From Tubiluchus corallicola (Eukaryota > Animalia > Priapulida): DNA of 64,000 nt. A program made the position numbers and the translations under genes. The stretch lies in the NCBI GenBank assembly GCA_030141605.1, contig JAQGDQ010000113.1, positions 434,001 to 498,000 on the forward strand, read 5' to 3'. Positions 28,001-40,580 of this stretch are shown here, in pieces (positions within the stretch are counted from its first letter, which is position 1; every line of letters starts with the position of its first letter). The notes below the pieces were generated by a model that was not told where the DNA came from, made no database searches, and was given only the letters and a program-made list of their open reading frames with translations.

Positions 28001-30580
28001 AAACTGTATGGACACCTGCAGCAGTCACGAAACACAATAGAAAAACAACTACATCCAATGCCACAAGTAAATAAGCGTTTAAGATTAGCTAAAGATGAAA
28101 AAAGTCAAACTCACACGCTAACTGCCTCACCCCAACGTGACAGGTTAAAATAGGAATTCACATTTGAGCACGAACATCACATGGGTGGGACTTGACTCCA
28201 ACAAGTTGAAGTTAAACCTTTTAACTTTCTCTGAGGGAAAACAAGTGGGCTACCTCCTTTTATTAAGGTGGTATTGAACTGACTCAGTAACAAGCCAGAC
28301 ACCCTTGAGAGCTAACTGAGCATGTAATGTCAGTGAAATTAAATTAGATTATGTAAACAAGTTTTGTTCACGCTTGGATCATAGAGGATTATGAGTTGAA
28401 ATGGTTTGTATTATGGAAACATGTTTGATAAAACAAATAACTTTCCGATCGAAATTGTCGTAGACCTACACCTGAGTGATCAAAAACCAGATAAAAAAGG
28501 GAACCAAGAAACTGAAAAAGGCATTGAAATAAACCAGGCGTGTCTGTAAAAACAAAGAGCTCTAATAAAAATCAACATTGCTTATTTATAACACTGCCTT
28601 CTTGAGTAACATCGCCAAACAACCCAGCGTGAACTTTGTACAATTGCCAAGTTTTTCTTCTTGCAGGATACAAACTTACCCAAAATCATTCAGATAGAAT
28701 CACTCATTTTATGAAAGTTACGATAGACAACATGAACTTAGCCACTTGGGTTAATCAATGCCCAGGCCTGGTCAGTAGTTATCCTAGTACTGGTAGAAAT
28801 CCTGCTTTTGGGTGACTTCATCTAACACACACCTTCCCGCTTTCTGAGGTGTGTACGTGAATCGGAAGTGTGACTAAAACACCTCTACCTGTTGAGTGTC
28901 CCATCTTAGAGGAAATTCTATCCCTTGATAATCTGATAGTACGAGCACAGTCATCTGCACTAAATACGCACTGTCCCTAATACTGATTATGGGTTTGCAG
29001 TGTGCTACAACTGATAAGAAACAATTGTTTAGAGCTACTCGTTTTTTAAATGTTCTTACTAGTGCTGACCGCTGGTCAATAATAAAGGTGACCCCGTTTG
29101 TCAAGTATTAACACGTCAGGTCAAATTAGATTTCTGTGTTCAGGCGGTTCTTTTACAACCTACGCTACATTTGAGTGCGTTTGCGTTTATATTCTATATA
29201 CAACAACAAAAAATAACATAATATAAGTTAGTTTTACACATTCAAACTACAAACTACCAGAAAAAATATAGAGATGACGCCCAACCTTTCAATGAATAGC
29301 AAATCCTAGACAATATCTTTTTCCATAACTTATTAGAACTTTATAATGTGTAAAAAGAGTTTTAGAGACACTAAATTGGTTTTAAAACATATGAAATGGT
29401 GTAGTTTCAGTTTTGTGAATTTTTGAATAGTATGTTTTATATGGCTATAAAGAATAGACTAAATCTATATGTCATTTCTTCGTAGCATTTCAAGTTTCCA
29501 TATGAAATTTTTTGTACAAGTATTTGAGATCACACGTTTTTACTAATAAAAAAACACGCGACTTAGTTTGAAAAAAATCTGCAACCTCTGAGCAGGGCAG
29601 TCAGAAATCTGGTTCCACTTTCAGCCTAGAACACACAAACAACATGTCTGTGACTGCTTAATGGAATCTTTATTGTATGATGCTTCCTTATACAAATCAA
29701 TAAAGTAACTTAATCTAGCTAAGCAATAATGAGGATTAAGGAAGCATGCAATATCTTACCCAATTGGCTTCTTATATACACAGAAGATATTAGAGAATGG
29801 TTCTATTATAAGTGATAAATTATGCTGATTCGTAACGAGATTATTGAAGAAGTAAACGCAGATAAGAGTGCATTCAGACCTCCTAATTACTGCAGTGCGA
29901 ATAACGCACAGGGATTTCTGTAAAAGAGATTCACTGCATAATTGCCTAATTGTACAGCATCCGTTTAGGGGCTATGAAATGTATTGGCGGGTAATGTAAT
30001 AATACCCTCAGTGTACAATAAAAATGAAATGTATATACACATTCACGAAATTTTTTAAACAACATGTAGTGACTGAAAAAAGGTAAAATGCGTCTGGTTT
30101 TGAGCCAAAAATCGATAGGTTGTTTCATAAAACTTCAGTTGCAAATCTCTACAGAGCACAGATATTGCGTAGCCGCAGATACAAATATTAAGTGCAGAGT
30201 AACCCAACAGCAAAAAAAATAAATCAACAAATTTGTTTAAGAATATTTTAAGTATGCTCAGAGGTTAAAAATTAAAACACAATAGAAGAAATTATAACAG
30301 CAGGGTGTCTCTGTTTTATGTATTTTACTATAAGACTTGTAGCGAATTAAAGAGCTTCAAGCGTGGTGCATTTTCTACTCTTGTCAACCGATGGCGCCAA
30401 ACAGTTTGAAAAAGTGTAGACAATTGTTTACAACATGTAGTAGTGCGTCCATATCAACGACTGAACTGGTTATTAGAGTGGCGTACGCAAAACGAATGGA
30501 AATTGTAGTGATATCCTACTGGTTACTATCAAAACTTTACAGAAAACTATAAAGCATCGTTGTTGTGCGTCGGCATTTTC

Positions 30581-30594
30581 GTTGCCATGGCAAC
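30581..30594. promoter_or_regulatory. Perfect palindromic RFX X-box
   Basis: GTTGCCATGGCAAC, the canonical RFX recognition palindrome. Confidence 0.7.
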
Positions 30595-32015
30595 AGATAT
30601 TAATCTTCATCCTTTCTTCCTGATTCCGGTCATGTTTGAGTGAAAAACAAGTAAGTTTAAGTGCATCCTCACATTTGCTATCCACTCTTGCTGATTTATT
30701 AAGTCTGGCCTAACAGTTGTGCTTTCACAAATTCCACTGGGAATGGCAACCTTTATTTTAGTTTAGAACTTAAAAGACTGTTTACAGCTGCAACTAGACA
30801 ACAAAAGTGCCTCAGTTTTCTTACAGTTTACAGTTTACTGTAGTTTCTGCATTTCGAATTAGCTATTTTTTTTCAGTATAATTACACGCTTAAACTAGTC
30901 CTACATCTATTTTATCCTTTCAGACACTGTTTTAGCTAATTCTTAGAAATTGTGAGCTAAGCGTCAAAATGTACGCGCGTAGTTTAAACAAACACCTACA
31001 GAGCGGCCTATTATTAATAAATAAGTGCCTCTTTTAACAAAATTGCCGTAGAGGCTAAAAGCAAAAAATAATGAAATTACTAATAAAGAACTACTATAAA
31101 CTGGAAATGATAACAAAATTAATTAGTAAGCCAATATAACTTGAGATAACTATGATGAGTGAAAAAGCACCAGTCAATATTCAGCTAGTCATTCTAAGAA
31201 TATGTCTGCGTAAAAACATTATGGCTTAATCCATTAACTATGTTTTAAACGCTTTAATTTCTAGCCTTTTTTCATAAAATTTACATAAAAAATTAATTCT
31301 TCTTTTCTTGTTTGCTTGTGATGGTAGACGGGTCCTAACTTCAGAAATTTCGTTCACTGAGCCCAATTCAATTGAATGACATTACGCCAGGTCATCACCA
31401 AGAGCGTCAAACAGAATTTATGATACCCGACCAAATAATTACCTGTGCCGCACCAGAGATTCCGTCTTTCCGTCCAAATTCTATTCAACTTATTGTTACA
31501 CTTGTCCTGCCACCAACGTTAAACATATTTTATTATTATGCTTTAATTTATATATTATTACTTTATATTTTTGAAGTCGTAATATGAGTAATTTAATATA
31601 AATAAACAAACGTAAATACTAAATATTAAAAAACTATAAATCGTTTTACTTCTATGTAAGATTGTAAATTTTCTTTTGAAGTAATCTTTTAACTAGAGTT
31701 TTGCAGAAAATCAATAACAGCATTTGGTCAAACTAACACTGACAAGGATAGAACTATTTTTATAGCAAATCTGAAAAAATCTAATCACTAATTACGTGCG
31801 ATCCGTAGCTACTGTCGCCCTCTACAGCTAAAAGTTTCAACTATTTCATGATACCCAAACTACAGCTGGTCTTCTTAGTACGGCAAAGTAAACATATAAA
31901 CAAATAAAAAAATGTGTGAATAGCGTAATTGATAGCAATCTGACTAATCGTCTAAACATAAGAGTAGCTAGCATTGTTTACATCGTACTTCAGAAACAAA
32001 AAATAATAATTTTCA

Positions 32016-32228
32016 ACTTTGATCTAACATTAATTATTTAATAACCCCTTATAAGCACTACGCTTCTTTGTTCTGTATACATTGAGTTGTACAATCTGTA
32101 TTCAAAACCTGAAAATAATTACTTTGATTTAACATTAATTATTTAATAACCCCTTATAAGCACTACGATTCTTTGTTCTGTATACATTGAGTTGTACAAT
32201 CTGTATTCAAAACCTGAAAATAATTACT
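32016..32228. repeat. Recent 105-bp direct tandem duplication
   Basis: ACTTTGAT(C/T)TAACATTAATT...CTGAAAATAATT starts at 32016 and again at 32121, near-identical. Confidence 0.95.
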
Positions 32229-32288
32229 CCTACGTTCAATATAATCTATAAAATTATTTATTGTTGCTACCCGGTTGTCCTAGTCAAA

Positions 32289-32428
32289 ATCATCATCATC
32301 ATCGTCACCGCCATCATCGTCATCATTATCATCATCATCAATCATCATCATCATCATCACCATCACTATCACCATCTTAGTCATGCTAATTCTTTCTTTC
32401 CTCATCGTCATCATCTTCATAATCATGC
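32289..32428. repeat. (CAT)n microsatellite
   Basis: Directly visible. Confidence 0.9.
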
Positions 32429-32469
32429 AGAGCACCTTTTATGAGTAATTATATCCCTTGAGATCTTAC

Positions 32470-32535
32470 CTGTCGAACTCTCTGATAGAAGTAACGTCTA
32501 CGAAAAGTACTTTCCTTGCAAACTACAACCTTACC
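32470..32535 (-). other. Juxtaposed acceptor/donor (ttttaacAG|GTAAG) followed 65 nt later by a second donor (CAG|GTAAGA)
   Basis: Two CTTACCTG motifs on the plus strand at 32465 and 32530; a pyrimidine-rich tract precedes the 32535 site on the minus strand. Confidence 0.35.
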
Positions 32536-33792
32536 TGTTAAAACGTATTCGAACAGGCAAGAAGATTAATAGATCCTGTCACTAACAAAAAACTAATTCT
32601 ATTTTTCTAGTCCTGTTATTCATATTAATTTCGTATTTTTCCTCTTCTACTAAAATCCGAGTGGTCAGTGTTTCGTTTAGGGCGATTGTATAAAATCATC
32701 TCAACATTGTCAACATCGTTATCAATTATAGCGACCATCTTATTCAAGCTAATTCTCTCGTTCCTTATTTAGTTATTTATTTATATTCATTTCTTTCTTT
32801 AGTCATTCATTAATCTACCTATTTATTTATCTATTTATTTACTTAATTGTTTAAAACGTGATCTCTCAATAAAATTTTTACTTTCACTGTTTTTATTCCC
32901 GCTTTATTTGCTCGTTTTTTTCTTATTACTCATTAGCATAACAAGCAGACTGATATTCAATACCTGCTTACTCATTAAATAAACACACCTGATAACATTA
33001 AAGGGAGCCGCCATCGCCCTTTAATCCAAACATAATTTAATGTAAGAGAAACCCTTCCAGCGGTAATAGAATCAATAGAAGCCCTGTGGATTTCCATATT
33101 ATAATAATAATTGTTGCATATGACTCAGTTACTGTAGATATACATATGTAAGACAATTTGAACTACATGTATGAAACGAACTGAGCCAAATTAAGTCAAA
33201 ACACGCATCAAATTACTAAACACTCAAGAAGAGAAATCTTTTTTAAAATTAATAAATAACATTTAATATAATTATTAAGATAGTAGCATACTATAACATC
33301 GGTCAGGTCATGCATTAATAATTACAAACACTGTTATTAATACATTACTACAAAACGTAGTGACATCTTTTGCCAACAAATATGAAGCAACATAAACTGG
33401 TGCTTCCTTAAGGGTTTTATTATAGATAGGTAACTGCAAGAGTTTGGTTACTTCTGCAGTCTGTACGCAATTGCACAAAACTTTTCGTACTGTACTTTTT
33501 AAATTTTGTAAGCGTTTAAGATTATAATAATTGGCCTACGTGCAGATTACATTATCCGTTCCTTGGCAATCATTCGCAGTCTGTGATCAGTTATCTAAAC
33601 TTAGCTAACTTTAACTTATTCTGTGATTTCTGAAACATTAATGGACCATATCCTGACGCCATCTGCAGAGAAAATAGTGAACGAAAGACTGATCTAGTTT
33701 CGGCAAAATTGAACCAGTTTTTCCGATTGAGCAAGCAAGTTTAAAATTGTTATAGGTACGTTTGATTTACAACAATATCTATCTTTGTAAAA

Positions 33793-33863
33793 GCATCGGT
33801 GGTTCAGTGGTAGAATGCTCGCCTGCCACGCGGGCGGCCCGGGTTCGATTCCCGGCCGATGCA
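33793..33863 (+). tRNA. tRNA-Gly (anticodon GCC)
   Basis: GCATCGGTGGTTCAGTGGTAGAATGCTCGCCTGCCACGCGGGCGGCCCGGGTTCGATTCCCGGCCGATGCA: 71 nt, intact acceptor stem, A and B boxes, canonical invertebrate Gly-GCC sequence. Confidence 0.99.
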
Positions 33864-33870
33864 TTTTTTT
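33864..33870 (+). terminator. RNA polymerase III terminator
   Basis: T7 run immediately after the tRNA discriminator base. Confidence 0.9.
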
Positions 33871-35734
33871 ATTAAATTAGCAATTTTACAAGACGAAACA
33901 TGTAAAAGAAAACTAATAAAAACATAAGCTGATTTTCAACTTAAATAATATAACTGATGATGATTTCTTGCAACCTACATGTAATAATTGGTTACACGTT
34001 TTACATAATATGCACCATCAGAGAACTGCAGCAGGAAAGCGAAAACACTAAGTAAATAATTAATTGACAGACGAAGAGAAATTGTCTCTTAAACCCCAGT
34101 ATATGTTAAAATCGTAGAGCTCTGAAGTGCACCAATTGTCTTCACGTACTTTACCACACTAACGTCATCGTACTTGTCCCTTGTCATCATCATCATCATT
34201 ACCACCACGACTGTCATCAAAAGCTCTAGCCATCATTATCTTTATCACTATGGTCATTGTGGTCATTGCCAGCATCATCGATATTGCCACTCTTTAACGT
34301 TCATCAGGATGTATTGCACTAGTTAACTTTAAAAAGTAATATCTGCCCAGAATTTACTTTAAGTAGCCAAAGTGTTTTGCTCAACATATAGGGGTATGAC
34401 GTAAGCAATTAATCTACGTTTGACAAAAATAGATAGAAGATACCAGTTTGTGGATCAAATCATACGAACGTAATAAAAATTTAAAAAAATGACAGTTCAG
34501 TACTGCGCTGAAAACAATTTTATCATATAAACATCTCTACGGAAAAACCTTTAAAATTCCTCGATCACATGGTACATAGCAGCCCTAATGGCCAATATCA
34601 AGTAAAACAAATCCATAAACCTAATATGATGTCAGCACTTAATGCCAATTAGGTAATGAACGCTTTACAGATCTGTATTAGACAATCAACGTAAACTTAC
34701 ATTTCAATATTCCGTACTAAAATCGGAAAAATTACATGACTGTCAGTTTATAAACAGCAAAGACATAACTACGGTAGGGAATGAGTAATAATTCCTATAT
34801 TGACCTTTTCAGCAAGTAATGCATCGCTACTCGTAATGCCAAAATACTTCATGTGAACTGTTTGATATCGTCCACAATATACAATTCGAGTAATCCTTAA
34901 GTTATTTATAATAGGTCACGAAAATATAGCAGTAGCGTGCAGCAGCTAAAACTAAGTGTAAAAGATGACAGTTGCAGCAACAGTAACATCAACAGCAACT
35001 ATAGCAAGTGTCGCGTACAAATAAAGTCTCTAGGTATTCGGCGTAAAAATCAGTACCATGCACATGATAAAATTTTACAACATCAATTTAATGTGCTGTT
35101 TTTAAAATTTTCTTTTCTTACCTTCTGCATCACTGTGACTCTCAATCTATCCATCATTCCAATTAGCTAATGCACGAATAATTGTAATTTTTCTCCGCTT
35201 TTCCTAATCATAACCTCCCACGGGCGAAGCCACTCAATAGAATAATTACAAGGTTTGAGTGATATCACCACCCATGTGTACGCTCCATTATTCACTCAAC
35301 CAGGCGTAACTAATCAATCAGGACAATATCAATAACACGAGTCCTGTTAGCCTAAATTGTCTGGATAATTTTTGATGCCGTTCTGCCAATAAAGGCTAAA
35401 AAGGCCTTTATGCAGATAACAGCTTTAAGTCAAGAACAGTGCAATCACACGCGTTTCTGAGACCAGAATTAGCTAACATGATCTGTCTTTACGGGTAAAA
35501 CATATCAACTATGCACAGAACTACTATAAATCTAGATTGCTAACTAACCTCGTACTTTGCGTTTTTCAAACTTCCTAAAATGCTCAAGTTAGCAGATGAC
35601 AAACTAGCACGGCGAAAAGTTGTATATACTTTACACGAGTCCTCTGAACTTCATTGTTTCCATGCCTAGAATATTTATCTCGCGATCATCATCTTAGAAC
35701 AGCATTATATGAGTTTTTTAGGCCATTTCACACT

Positions 35735-37957
35735 GGAGGATGCAAGGACAATGACACACGGAATTGCTGAGAGAAAATCAGAAAATTTATAGAAAATTTC
35801 AGATTATTTTTCGAAAATCCCCTGCAGCAAGAAGGTTCATTTCACACAGAAACAGTGCGGTTTCTTACGCGCGTCCAGCTCGCATGAGCAGCAAAGACGA
35901 CGTAATGTTTTTACTAAGTGCTTATTAATTGGGTACACGCAACAAGACAGCATCGTGGTGGTGTTGCAATCTGGTATGGCCAGTTGAGAGACGATCGGGA
36001 GAAATTCTACTGTTACAATAGAACGATCCCATACACTTTCGACGAGTTAGCTTTGCTGCAGTATACTCGTTTATACATGGCACATAAAAAAACATTGATC
36101 CTTTACATAGGATGAAACGGCTCAAACGTAGTAGAAACGATAACAACAAAAACACAATAATAACAGAAAAAACAACAATAGTAAGAATAAATTTGTAGGT
36201 AAGTTATGTAAGCTAACACGAGATAGTGTTGCTCACATAACTGTCAAAGCAGTATAGCATCATGCACTAAAAGGGGAAAAATATACATTGCATGGTAAAT
36301 ATGGGATAACTATGTAAATTAAAGTTATTTGCTATCCTGTTTCTCTTCTCTTTTCTTACTGATATCATATATAAAGTTTATTACTAGGGTTCTCATCCTC
36401 ACACCATTTAGGATATTAATAAAGATAAACTGTTCACTTACAGGCATATTTGCAGAAGAAGGAAATATTTTTATAATATTTTTAAAATACAGCTTTTCTC
36501 ACATTTTGGTAAGCAGAACATGTCATCTCACACATTTTACATATTCTTTGATGAGCAGGTATTTTTGGTTTATGATACTCTCCCTCTCAATGTCGAATTT
36601 GTGAGCACTAATTTTAAATCTAGTGTATATCGTTACACATTCGCTTGGAATTAGCTTATTACGCATAAGTAAGTATTCTTCCAAACGATATACAGTTTTA
36701 AAAAGCCTATAAGTTGTTAATAAGCCTATAGAAGTTTGTTACCACCATCATCACAGTTACCGCTATAGATGTTTTTCGAAATATAGTAATTATATCTATT
36801 GTTGTATGTATTCACATCTTTATTGAGCTAATATGACCACAGTTGTCATACACAAGTTAATAATATTGGCCAATGTAATGTCAGACCTGTTTGTTCTTTT
36901 TTAGGAGTTGCTAACCACTTGATAATGTGAAAATATACGTATATAAAATAAACTTAAGCGTGCGTTATTGTTGTTTTTCATGAACATAACTATCGCTGTT
37001 GCATTAATAAAACAAAAAAAATCGTCTGTATGATAGAAGAGAGATTTAAAACTTATAATTTTATGGTGAATTATGTTATGTTGTTCGCTGAACAAGAAAA
37101 AAGTAATTGAGCAGTTATCCGCCGGGAAACATGCAGAACTTCTAGAAACGGAAAATTTCCTCATGGGGAGTTTGTAAAGTTTCTAGCTGGCAGGAAAAAT
37201 CATCACCGGGATTCCACGAGGAAAATTCATTATAAGGCGTCAGTCTGGAATGCTTTCTCGGATTACTTCTTTCTTTTTTAGCGAGGAACAAATAATCATA
37301 TTTTAGCATAAAGTTATAAATTTTTAATCTATCTTTTAACATAAAGACGATTTTTTTATTTTATAACGCAACAGTGATGATTACATGGCTACCTTCTTGA
37401 AAAACAAAAATAACGTACTCATGTATTTTTTTTTGTGTAAGTATACTTTTATATTTTGAAGTGGTTAGTAGAACATTAAAAAACATGCAGGTCTGACATC
37501 ACATTGACTAAAATTATTAATTGTACTTTGTACAAATTGTGAGAAATGCGGCACAATTATATAAAATATCAAATTACAAAGTCAATCGGGTGCTGCAGCA
37601 AAGCTAATAACTCGTCGAAAGTGTCCGGGGTCATTCTACTGTAACTGTAAAATTTCTGCCAATCATCTCTCAGCTGATCGTGCAAGGTTGCAACAATACC
37701 ACGGTGCTGTCTTGTTTCGTTAACTGGATGCACTCAATAACGACCGTAATTAATAGTCATAATAATAATAAATGCTCCGTAAAAACATTACATCGTCCTC
37801 GCTGCCCATGATGACGAGCAATAGTTACAGCCTACAACTCGTAAAGTAGCTAGACGCGCGTTAAAAACCACACGGTTCCAGTGTGAAATGAACTTTCTTG
37901 CTGCATGGGTTTTCAAGAAAAAAGTCGATTCTGACAGCAAATAGTTGACTTCCTCCC
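35735..37957. mobile_element. Large foldback / inverted-repeat element interrupted by an insertion
   Basis: ~35810-36070 is the reverse complement of ~37585-37920 (GCAGCAAGAAGGTTCATTTCACAC / GTGTGAAATGAACTTTCTTGCTGC; ACACTTTCGACGAGTTA / TAACTCGTCGAAAGTGT). ~36840-37140 mirrors ~37215-37545 (CAATGTAATGTCAGACCTG / CAGGTCTGACATCACATTG). Outer ends approximate. Confidence 0.8.
36290..36700 (-). mobile_element. Decayed LINE ORF2 C-terminal fragment nested in the foldback left arm
   Basis: Minus-strand translation YRLEEYLL..TRFKISAHKFDIER/(frameshift) YHKPKIPAHQRICKMC, the RF-x-I-S-x-H ... R-x-C-x2-C signature of non-LTR ORF2 ends. Confidence 0.75.
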
Positions 37958-38049
37958 AACTAGGTACTAACAGCCCAAATTCACTGTATCACCGACAAAA
38001 CAATTATCCTTGCGCCGCAACTATGTATTCTTGCGCCAACTTGAAAAAG

Positions 38050-38710
38050 ATTTTGTGGCTTTGCTTAAAAAAACTTTGAGCTTGAGAACTAAAGATATTT
38101 ACGTTCAGGATTGGGTTAGTGAATTTACCGAAACAGGCTTTCTGTTAACTATAGATCACTTAAACAAGAAATTGGCCTTGAAAGTTATTTAACTAAATTG
38201 AAGCCAGCTGATAGAATTAATCTGTGTAAGTTTAGGTGTGGTAACCATAAATTACCTGTTGCAGATAAACGATATCTGCGAAATATTCCTATCCAGTTAT
38301 GTAACAAATGTGATTTACAGGATCAAGGTGATGAATACCATTATGTTCTAATTTGCCCTTTCTTTAGTGATATAAGAAAGCAATATTTCAAACGATATTA
38401 TTATAACAGGCCCAGCACTATGAAAAGGGGTGAATTATTCAGTTGCAAAAAGTCAAAGTGCTGTCTAACTTAGCTTAGTTTGTTAAACATACAGTGTTGT
38501 AGTTTAAATAGAGACAGTTAACTCAGTGTGTTTGTAATATTACCGAATAACCTTCTTCAGTTAGTACTAGATGGCATCACTACGATTTTTCTATGATCTC
38601 TCAACATGTATTGATCGTTATTGTATTGGCTTTCATGTTACGTCACAGTTAATGTACTGGTATTATCTATACTTTGATATCCCGAAAGGGGTGTGTAAAG
38701 TTTAACAATA
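38050..38710 (+). mobile_element. 5'-truncated LINE 3' end (ORF2 zinc-finger-like C-terminus plus 3' UTR)
   Basis: KFRCGNHKLPV..RY..LCNKCDLQDQGDEYHYVLICPFFSDIRKQY is the CCHC-type C-terminus of RTE-X/L2/Crack-like ORF2; the upstream frame gives ..LRTKDIYVQDW.. Confidence 0.85.
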
Positions 38711-38915
38711 GATTCGTAAATTCGTAAAAAGCTACACAATTTTGGCTTCGTGTCAATGTGCACTAGAATTCGCTCCTTGTGCTGACGAAAGTGCAAAAAT
38801 TCTACTTTTGCTTATTTTAAAGCATCTCGTAGTTCTTTTAAAGTACAAATGAACCACCGGGGCCTATTTATCCGTAGACTTTAAGTCAAATTTCGAAAGA
38901 TTCATTAGACACATT

Positions 38916-39340
38916 AGATAAGATAAGATAAGAGAAGAGAAGGGAAGGGAAGGGAAGGGAAGGGAAGGGAAGGGAAGGGAAGGGAAGGGAAGGGAAGGGA
39001 AGGGAAGGGAAGGGAAGGGAAGGGAAGGGAAGAGAAGAGAAGAGAAGAGAAGAGAAGAGAAGAGAAGAGAAGAGAAGAGAAGAGAAGAGAAGAGAAGAGA
39101 AGAGAAGAGAAGAGAAGAGAAGAGAAGAGAAGAGAAGTGAAGAGAAGAGAAGAGAGGAGAGGAGAGGAGAGGAGAGGAGAGGAGAGGAGAGGAGAGGAGA
39201 GGAGAGGAGAGGAGAGGAGAGGAGAGGAGAGGAGAGGAGAGGAGAGGAGAGGAGAGGAGAGGAGAGGAGAGGAGAGGAGAGGAGAGGATAGGATAGGATA
39301 GATAGGACAGGACAGGACTGGACAGGACAGGACAGGACAG
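38916..39340. repeat. Compound pentanucleotide array (AGATA)-(AGAGA)-(AGGGA)18-(AGAGA)n-(GGAGA)n-(GGATA)-(GGACA)
   Basis: Directly visible; it explains the LSSPL/FPSLP ORFs. Confidence 0.98.
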
Positions 39341-39471
39341 AATGAGCTGTAAGCTCCTTAACATCCAGGTCGAGTACTAAAACATTACAAAATATGAATG
39401 AACATAAAATGCAAAATATGAAATACAAATTAAAACTGTACAAACTATACATCCAGTTAATGTGTAGTGAC

Positions 39472-39550
39472 TTAACATATGTCGCGAGCAGCTGCACATT
39501 TCCTCGTTGTCTTGAATAACTCTTTTTTCTGATCGATTATTGATCGTGCC
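39472..39550 (-). CDS. Small secreted protein, last coding exon (R-ARSIIDQKKELFKTTRKCAAARDIC*)
   Basis: Pyrimidine tract ctttttctcacccaccattAAG| acceptor; the phase-2 frame matches the upstream exon; TAA at 39474-39472 is followed by U-rich 3'UTR-like sequence. AAG acceptors are less common. Confidence 0.55.
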
Positions 39551-39853
39551 CTTAATGGTGGGTGAGAAAAAGACCACATTAATTGCTATCAGCTTCCAGA
39601 TGTCACAACTCTGACTCACAAACATTACGTCATTCCTCATAAATATTTTATTAAATCTATTAGGCCTTTATGTTTAAAGACAGAGACACAAATGATCAAA
39701 CCGAAGCATTTGAGATTTGAAAATCTGGGTTGCCACATGCCAGCATTTCAAACGTAAAAAACTCTGGAATCAGAAGCACAAAGTATTGCTGTAAAAATTA
39801 AAAATCAATTATATGGGATGTACGCTCATTATCGCATAAAAATTTAAAAATAC

Positions 39854-39984
39854 CTGTAGTGGTGGTGTCCTTGCATTGGCACGTGGATATACTGCTGCCA
39901 CGGAACTCTTTGATCACGAAAAAGACGCTCTACTTCCATCATATGTTTATTCTCTATCTCAGAACATGCTTCCAGATAAGAGTT
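39854..39984 (-). CDS. Small secreted protein, internal exon (NSYLEACSEIENKHMMEVERLFRDQRVPWQQYIHVPMQGHHHY)
   Basis: Acceptor ccattttgCAG|, donor CAG|GTATTT, 131 nt, open in phase 0->2, GC-richer than its flanks. Confidence 0.75.
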
Positions 39985-40182
39985 CTGCAAAATGGAACAT
40001 TTATGCTAAGTTGCTGAAAGAAAGAAAACGTATAAACGTATAGCGTTTTGTTTTCTATTATCAGCTTCAGGTATTTCAGCATTTTTATGCACAATTTATA
40101 ACCAGTGCATTTGCATTAACTGATGCGTGATTTTCCATATACGGTTTACAATGCAGTTTACAATAATATTTACAGAAGATTA

Positions 40183-40580
40183 AGAGAAAGAGAGAGAGAG
40201 GAGAAAAGCCGAGAGGAGTGAGAGAGGGGGAGAGATACAGAGAGAAAGAGAGGAGAGAGAGAGAGAGAAACAAAAAAAGAGATAGAAGAGAGAAAGAGGG
40301 GGAGAGACTGGCAGTTTAGCACAGAGAAAAAGTCACTGGTGACAAGGACAGAAAGGAGAAAAAGAGAGAAGGGAGAGAAACTGGTAGTCTCACACAGAGA
40401 GGAAGACAACGAGACACACACACGCAAGCACGCAAAACCCCACCACCCCCCCCCCCCCACACACACACACACACAGGGAGAGAGAGAGAGAGGGGGGGGG
40501 CAAAGAAAGACAAAGAGAGACTGATAATTTGACACAGAGAGAAAGACAACAAAAGACAGAGAGAGGGGTGGAGGAGGAAC
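40183..40580. repeat. GA-rich / (CA)n / poly-C / poly-G low-complexity tract
   Basis: Directly visible. Confidence 0.9.

Noticed and set aside
38864-39497. 166/203-aa LSSPL/FPSLP repeat proteins
   Set aside because: Read-through of the pentanucleotide array.
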